Assembly (NCBI GenBank): GCA_000708835.1
Contig: DF237181.1
Span: 69,474-133,473 of the forward strand
DNA length: 64,000 nt
From: Klebsormidium nitens
Taxonomy: Eukaryota > Plantae > Klebsormidiophyceae
Direction: 5' to 3'
The notes under the pieces were generated by a model. It was given only the letters and a program-made list of their open reading frames with translations. It ran no database searches and was not told where the DNA came from. The position numbers and the translations under genes were made by a program. Below are positions 62,764 through 64,000 of the stretch, one piece after another. Position 1 is the stretch's first letter, and the number at the start of each line of letters is the position of its first letter.

Positions 62764-63169
62764 TAACTTTCACCTAAGCAAAAGCGGACACAGCGATCTG
62801 CTAGAAACGTAATAGTGCTGGTTATATGAAGCTGAGCAGACTTAGCTTCTCCCCTGTGAACTTCCTCTGCATCTTCGGAATACCTATCTGCATGTAATTT
62901 TATCCTTTCCACAACATGTTCACCTTCGCCTTAGCACCTTACAACCTTAGAGTCTTCTCATGGCCTTCTTATGAAGTTCTCCATGATCAAGAGCGCTCTC
63001 CGTTGCTTGCGCGTCTCTTTCTGGTCAGTCTGTCTGCTCTTGGAAGCTTCTACGATTGAGTTGATGCGACCAGAGCGCCAGTTGATCCAGCCTTTGTTCA
63101 GCCTTGAAGTGATTGGAATCTCACAAGAGGTCTCTGACATGACGTTAAATATCAAGAAGCCAATACCCG

Positions 63170-63354
63170 TGAACTTTAATACTTATAAGGATCTAGTACC
63201 TATAAGGAAGTACCCGGTGCAACGACCTAACTAAATACCCTAACCAAATCAATAAACCGCTCCGCACCCGAACCCACCCTAACCACCAAACCAACCCCAC
63301 CCGTCCCCGGGCATTGTCTTATAGGTATTAGATCCTTATAGGTATTAAACTTCA
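63170..63354. mobile_element. Short foldback/MITE-like element (~185 bp)
   Basis: ~47-bp TIRs: left gaactttaatacttataaggatctagtacctataaggaagtacccgg; right reverse complement gaagtttaatacctataaggatctaatacctataagacaatgcccgg. The C/A-rich core contains accctaacc twice. TTAA occurs near both ends. Confidence 0.75.
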
Positions 63355-64000
63355 TTCTTATAGAAGCCAACGGCAGAACGGTTTTACACGGCTGGGAATG
63401 ACGGTGTTTGCAATTTGACTGCACTTCAACGGCCCTGATTCCTTGTTGATTGATGCAGTGTCCACAGGCCGGGCCGAGCTCCGCCGGCCCGCTATCATTA
63501 CTAGAGGCGGGGCGGCGCAAGGACGAAATCCCACCCAACTCTCTCGGCCGTCCGATGGGCAGGGTTCTTCCGAGCGCCGTCGATCGGCGATTCGGCTGAA
63601 CTGCACAGAAAGTGCCCGGTTTGGTCCGGAAACACAATAGGCTATGCGCTCGAGTCGCCCCCCTTGAAGCCCAGGCACTAGCCTGTCACTGTCACAATGT
63701 GTCATGCTTTTCACTGCAGAGACTGGGCGCGTCATCTCTACCGGCCCAGTGAGCGCACTCCCATTGGCACCACGGTGGTCATAGGCGTTGCTGCTGTAGG
63801 TAGGCGCGTTGGCATGACATGGCCATGGCACCAAGCCTGAGACGAGCCTGCGCTAGCTGAGAAGGCAACATTGGAGCGCAGTCGCGAGTAGCTCCAATAG
63901 CTGAGTCAGGTTGTGTAAATCAAGGTGTGTATCTCTGACAGCTTGCGATATCACTTTTGTGCGTGTTCCGATGTTGTGGAGTAGGCAACCACTCTCTGGG

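Overview
This is an intron-rich eukaryotic nuclear window with GT-AG introns and mostly (T)GCAG acceptors. The genes are plant-like, and the likely source is a streptophyte (charophyte) alga such as Klebsormidium, inferred from gene content and composition. By tracing splice junctions by hand I reconstruct 12 protein-coding loci: AMY3-type alpha-amylase (+, 5' end unresolved), KELP/PC4 (-), ELM1 (+), a secreted YHYH protein (+), an 11S-globulin-like bicupin (-), SRP9 (+), an FG-GAP/NERD1-like protein (-), an orphan coiled-coil protein (+), a ZNF706-like protein (-), clathrin heavy chain (27 exons, +), a CFAP97/Hemingway-like + MYND protein (+), and an F-box/LRR ORF broken by one in-frame TAG (-). 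There are also two MITE-like inverted-repeat elements and several local tandem duplications. The standout signal is a pair of tandem, equal-length (98 nt) paralogous exons in the alpha-amylase gene. Only one can be included in frame, so they are candidate mutually exclusive exons, a splicing mode considered rare in the plant lineage. Decayed duplications of splice junctions in NERD1 and ELM1 look like failed versions of the same process. No rRNA, tRNA or CRISPR features are supported. Family assignments come from motif recognition, not database searches.
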